A DNA stretch of 63,885 nt, counting the filler, from Craspedostauros australis (Eukaryota), in assembly GCA_030167865.1 (NCBI GenBank). It is 9 parts of 9 records of this genome, joined end to end, with 100 filler letters (N's around TTAATTAATTAA, not from the genome) between each part and the next. Parts side by side here need not be neighbours in the genome. Positions count along the whole stretch, not along the records: positions 60,491 to 62,285 come from JALAGF010002948.1; positions 62,386 to 63,885 come from JALAGF010002955.1; 7 more parts are not named here. One strand, given 5' to 3'. The notes under the pieces were generated by a model. The model worked only from the letters and a program-made list of their open reading frames with translations, ran no database searches and was not told the DNA's origin. The position numbers and the translations under genes are program-made. How positions within the stretch are numbered: position 1 is the first letter of the stretch; every line of letters begins with the position of its first letter. Shown here piece after piece: positions 60,491-63,885 of this stretch.

Positions 60491-62285
60491 CCGATGGCTT
60501 GAGCACCTTCTCCTTCACACCCCCGTCCAGGATCTGCTGCAGCTGAGAGATGCTGAGCGACTCCATAGCGCTGGCGCTGCCGTTGGCAGTGGCACTACCA
60601 TTGGTGGTCCCATTGCACGATGCTGGACCGTGCTCGATATGACCATCATCATGACCTTCCAGAACGTTGCCGTGCAGGATGGCGAGCAGCGTGTAGATAT
60701 GAAACTCGGAACGTTGGAGGTAGGATGCCACCGTCAGCACACAGCGCAACATGGAGCATGACAGCTGCTGCAGCTTGAGGGTCATCATCTGGACGACGGA
60801 GTCGGCGATCATTGGCAGCGGATCTCCATCTTCCGCTTTGACGTGGTTGAAGTTCCACTCCCACTGGAAGAAGATGCGTGAGTAGACCAGACAGTTGTGC
60901 CTCTCGAGCTGTTCCAATGCTTGCATCATGAAGAGCCAGTTGCCGTGTGTTTTGGAATAGAGCGGCTCCGACAGTTCATCGATATCATTGCGACCAAGGA
61001 GCTCCGACAGCCACATCTGGAAGTGTTTGTATGGCAGTGCGCAGAGTGATATCGACGTACAACGTTTGCGCTGTCTCCTGGAAATGTGTCTGATCCGTTT
61101 GAGGAACCTGGACAGAGGGTGGTCAGCTGCGTAGCCATGGTGGGTGGTGTTGCTATCGATGTCGGTGTTGAGCCTGGTTTGGCCGCTTCTCTGTCTATCT
61201 GTGTCACTGTTGTCATTGCGTCGCCTTGGAGCACTACCTGTGTGCCTACGCACATGCGTACTAGTGAGTGATGATTGCTCCTGGTTGGACTGGCTGTCCT
61301 GGCTGTATTGTGCATCCTCGTGTATCGTGTCTGGTGTACCCCAATTCTTCTGCGATTGCCGTTGCTGTTGCTGCTCTTCATGATCGCGGATTGTGGCCAC
61401 GATGAAGCAGTGCTTCAAGTCCGCATCCTTGATGATGAGTGAGATCAAGTCGAGACAAGCCTCCGAGCACCATTGCAAGTCTTCCAGCAGCAGGATGAGA
61501 GGTCGTTCCTCCGTGCATATGGTGCGAAGGAACTGCACGAAGTTGTATTGGTACTGATTGGAGATGGCGACCGATGAGGAGTTGGAGCTGACCTTGTTGG
61601 TGCCGTCACTATGTTCAGATTGATCGTGATCGCTTGGAATGGACACAAGTGCTTTGGGATGCCGCTTGTCTCTCTTGTATCTAGGCGCCTTGGTGGACGA
61701 TCTTGGCTCATCGACGTTCGTTGTTTCTGGTTCGTGCGAGAGTGATTCGGCGGCCGTGGAACCATGATCATCCGACTCGCCAGCAGGAGAATCAGGAATG
61801 TCGTCCCAAAGGAAGATGGATAGTGAGGGGATGGCATGACAAAGACCAACCATCGCGGATGCATTGACCTTGGTCTTTGGGGACAGCAGTGGTGCCGCTC
61901 CCAAATCACGCGGAACTGGACCACCCGTTTGCCGCTGCGTCTGTCGCTGACGTTGTCTCTGTCTCTGTCGCTGGGTTGATGCTTGATCGCTGAATGTCGT
62001 CTGAATGGCAAACCTGGCCTGGTTCAGATCGTACGTGGATCCATCGAGACTGTTGATCTGATCGTCATCCAGATGATGCTGCTGTCGGTGAATCTGTGCC
62101 ACGAGATGATCCATCGCTTGGATGATCCCGGAGAACATGGAGGTCGCGGTGGATGCGGCATCGTATTGCTCATCGAACTTTCCACGAGCGACGAAGGGCA
62201 TGCTGGCGTCATCCGCACCTCTGCTGTCTTGTTGTATGAAGTCGACAAACTCTTGGGCGAGTCTCGATTTGCCTGTCCCACTCGT
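60491..62285 (-). CDS. Partial AAA/STAND ATPase domain protein (AAA_16-like)
   Basis: FVARGKFDEQ, Walker B PLILLLEDLQW, IVATIRD, KTHGNWLF (GxP-like), VLTVASYL. Both ends lie in gaps. Confidence 0.75.
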
Positions 62286-63210
62286 NNNNNNNNNNNNNNN
62301 NNNNNNNNNNNNNNNNNNNNNNNNNNNNNTTAATTAATTAANNNNNNNNNNNNNNNNNNNNNNNNNNNNNNNNNNNNNNNNNNNNATCGTGTTGGCCTGT
62401 GAGAACGAATCCTGTTGTCGGCATTTGCTGGAGGATTGTAGGATCTAGGTTAGATCGAAGCGCTACCATGATACGACCGATCGCATCACGCCTCCAGTTT
62501 CCCGCCTCTTCCTGGTCGTACCCGAACTGGCCTCCTCTCCTGTTCCTGCTGGCGCGTGTTCGTTGCTCCTTGCCGCTGTCGTCGTACGTGCTGTCGCTAT
62601 NNNNNNNNNNNNNNNNNNNNNNNNNNNNNNNNNNNNNNNNNNNNNNNNNNNNNNNNNNNNNNNNNNNNNNNNNNNNNNNNNNNNNNNNNNNNNNNNNNNN
62701 NNNNNNNNNNNNNNNNNNNNNNNNNNNNNNNNNNNNNNNNNNNNNNNNNNNNNNNNNNNNNNNNNNNNNNNNNNNNNNNNNNNNNNNNNNNNNNNNNNNN
62801 NNNNNNNNNNNNNNNNNNNNNNNNNNNNNNNNNNNNNNGCGAGCGTGCGCATGCGTACCGTTCGGGACGAGGCCGCCATCCGCTGCGAGCATCGGCTTCA
62901 CATCGATCACTTGCGTGATGGTGGTTGGCTTCCGCAATGCAGCGGATGGCTTGTCAGGCAACAGTTGCTCTGCAGTAGGCAGCAGGAACCCTTTGGAGTC
63001 GAATGGAGGAGCAGATACAGGGTAAGCAGAACACGGCTTCTTACGAGGAGAGGGGTTGCCGTCCTTGGAGAGGGCCTTGGCAGCAGCAGAGGGAAACATG
63101 GTGGGATTGTTGGTGGAGAGTAGTGTTGTTTGCTAGGTGGATGTGATNGTGTGCACTGGTCTGAGACGAAGTGAGCAAGGAGAGCATCCGATGAAAGGCA
63201 AACCAGCTTG

Positions 63211-63277
63211 CAACAGCAACAACAACAACAACAACAACAACTACTACTACTACTACTACTACTACTGTTACTGCTAC
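63211..63277. repeat. (CAA)n/(CTA)n compound microsatellite
   Basis: Direct reading of the sequence. Confidence 0.9.
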
Positions 63278-63383
63278 TCTGACGAGAACGTGCATGGAGC
63301 GAAAGGGCGAGTGTGCAGGGCATCGGCGAGGAAAGTTGTGAATGGAGCCAAAGTGTGGCGCGATTTTGCGAAATGATGGAGAT

Positions 63384-63452
63384 GATGTGTTTTGTGTGAT
63401 GTGTTTTGTGTCATGTGTTTTGTGTGATGTGTTTTGTGTCATGTGTTTTGTG
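63384..63452. repeat. 14-bp tandem repeat (atgtgttttgtgt[g/c]), about 5 copies
   Basis: Direct reading of the sequence. Confidence 0.85.
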
Positions 63453-63642
63453 ACGAGCAGAATGTGGAATCATGCGCCACATGCTAACGTGTAATTAACG
63501 CGTACCAAACGACTGACACCTTCGGAAGCTAGTCCGTGACTGATCACCTCACGATAAATACATGAGAACAGCATAGAACCTTCGGCGAAAAACAACGGGC
63601 TTTGTGCTGTTGGATCCACGCGACTGGAATGAACATATAGAT

Positions 63643-63801
63643 CGATCCATAAAACTTAAAAAAGTATATACATCAAAAATCGATCGGTTAATTATTTATA
63701 ATGAGATTATAAGGAATACGAATATGTGCTTGGTTTGGATATCACAGATGAAAAGTTAGAATGTCCATTTCAAACGATTGGTCGACTCACTGATCAGGCT
63801 C
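63643..63801. repeat. Diverged third copy of the element terminus seen at 45729 and 48987
   Basis: Shared blocks ccataaaacttaaa, gaatatgtg.tt.gtttggatatc, ggtcgactcact and terminal ggctc. Confidence 0.7.
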
Positions 63802-63885
63802 ATATACCATGATGTCACTGAAAAATTGCTGAAAATTGGTATTTTCCCTTCATGTCCCCATTGACCGGTGACCGAATTGTCTGTA

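Noticed and set aside
62386..63099. ORF 62338-63099 as a definable gene
   Set aside because: About a third is N, the frame across the gap cannot be verified, and there is no recognisable motif. It may be the interior of the element ending at 63801.

Overview
Eukaryotic nuclear DNA, most likely from a diatom. The evidence is GT-AG introns, a bipartite plastid presequence (signal peptide + CAFAP), a CoDi-like Ty1/copia element and GPCR/Cys-rich proteins of the kind seen in diatoms. The window is nine contigs joined by artificial 100-bp spacers (44 N + TTAATTAATTAA + 44 N), so adjacency across spacers is unproven. Recognisable genes: an apparently uninterrupted telomerase reverse transcriptase (TERT), 60S ribosomal protein P2, ESCRT-III VPS2/CHMP2, a glutathionyl-hydroquinone reductase, tRNA-Lys(CTT), a GT34-like glycosyltransferase, a GT-A glycosyltransferase with tandem catalytic domains, a cAMP-receptor-like GPCR with a microsatellite frameshift, a class C GPCR with a Cache-like ectodomain, an SH3BGR + 2x IMP2-like protein, a secreted Cys-rich repeat protein, an ankyrin protein and a partial STAND/AAA ATPase. 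Mobile DNA: a copia retrotransposon, a plant-mariner-like transposase with one nonsense codon plus related terminal copies, a 604-bp MITE whose relative shows a concerted motif switch, a third element terminus seen three times, and a 93-bp TG..CA insertion with a 6-bp target-site duplication carrying a Pol III B-box. All family assignments come from motif recognition by eye; no database search was run.
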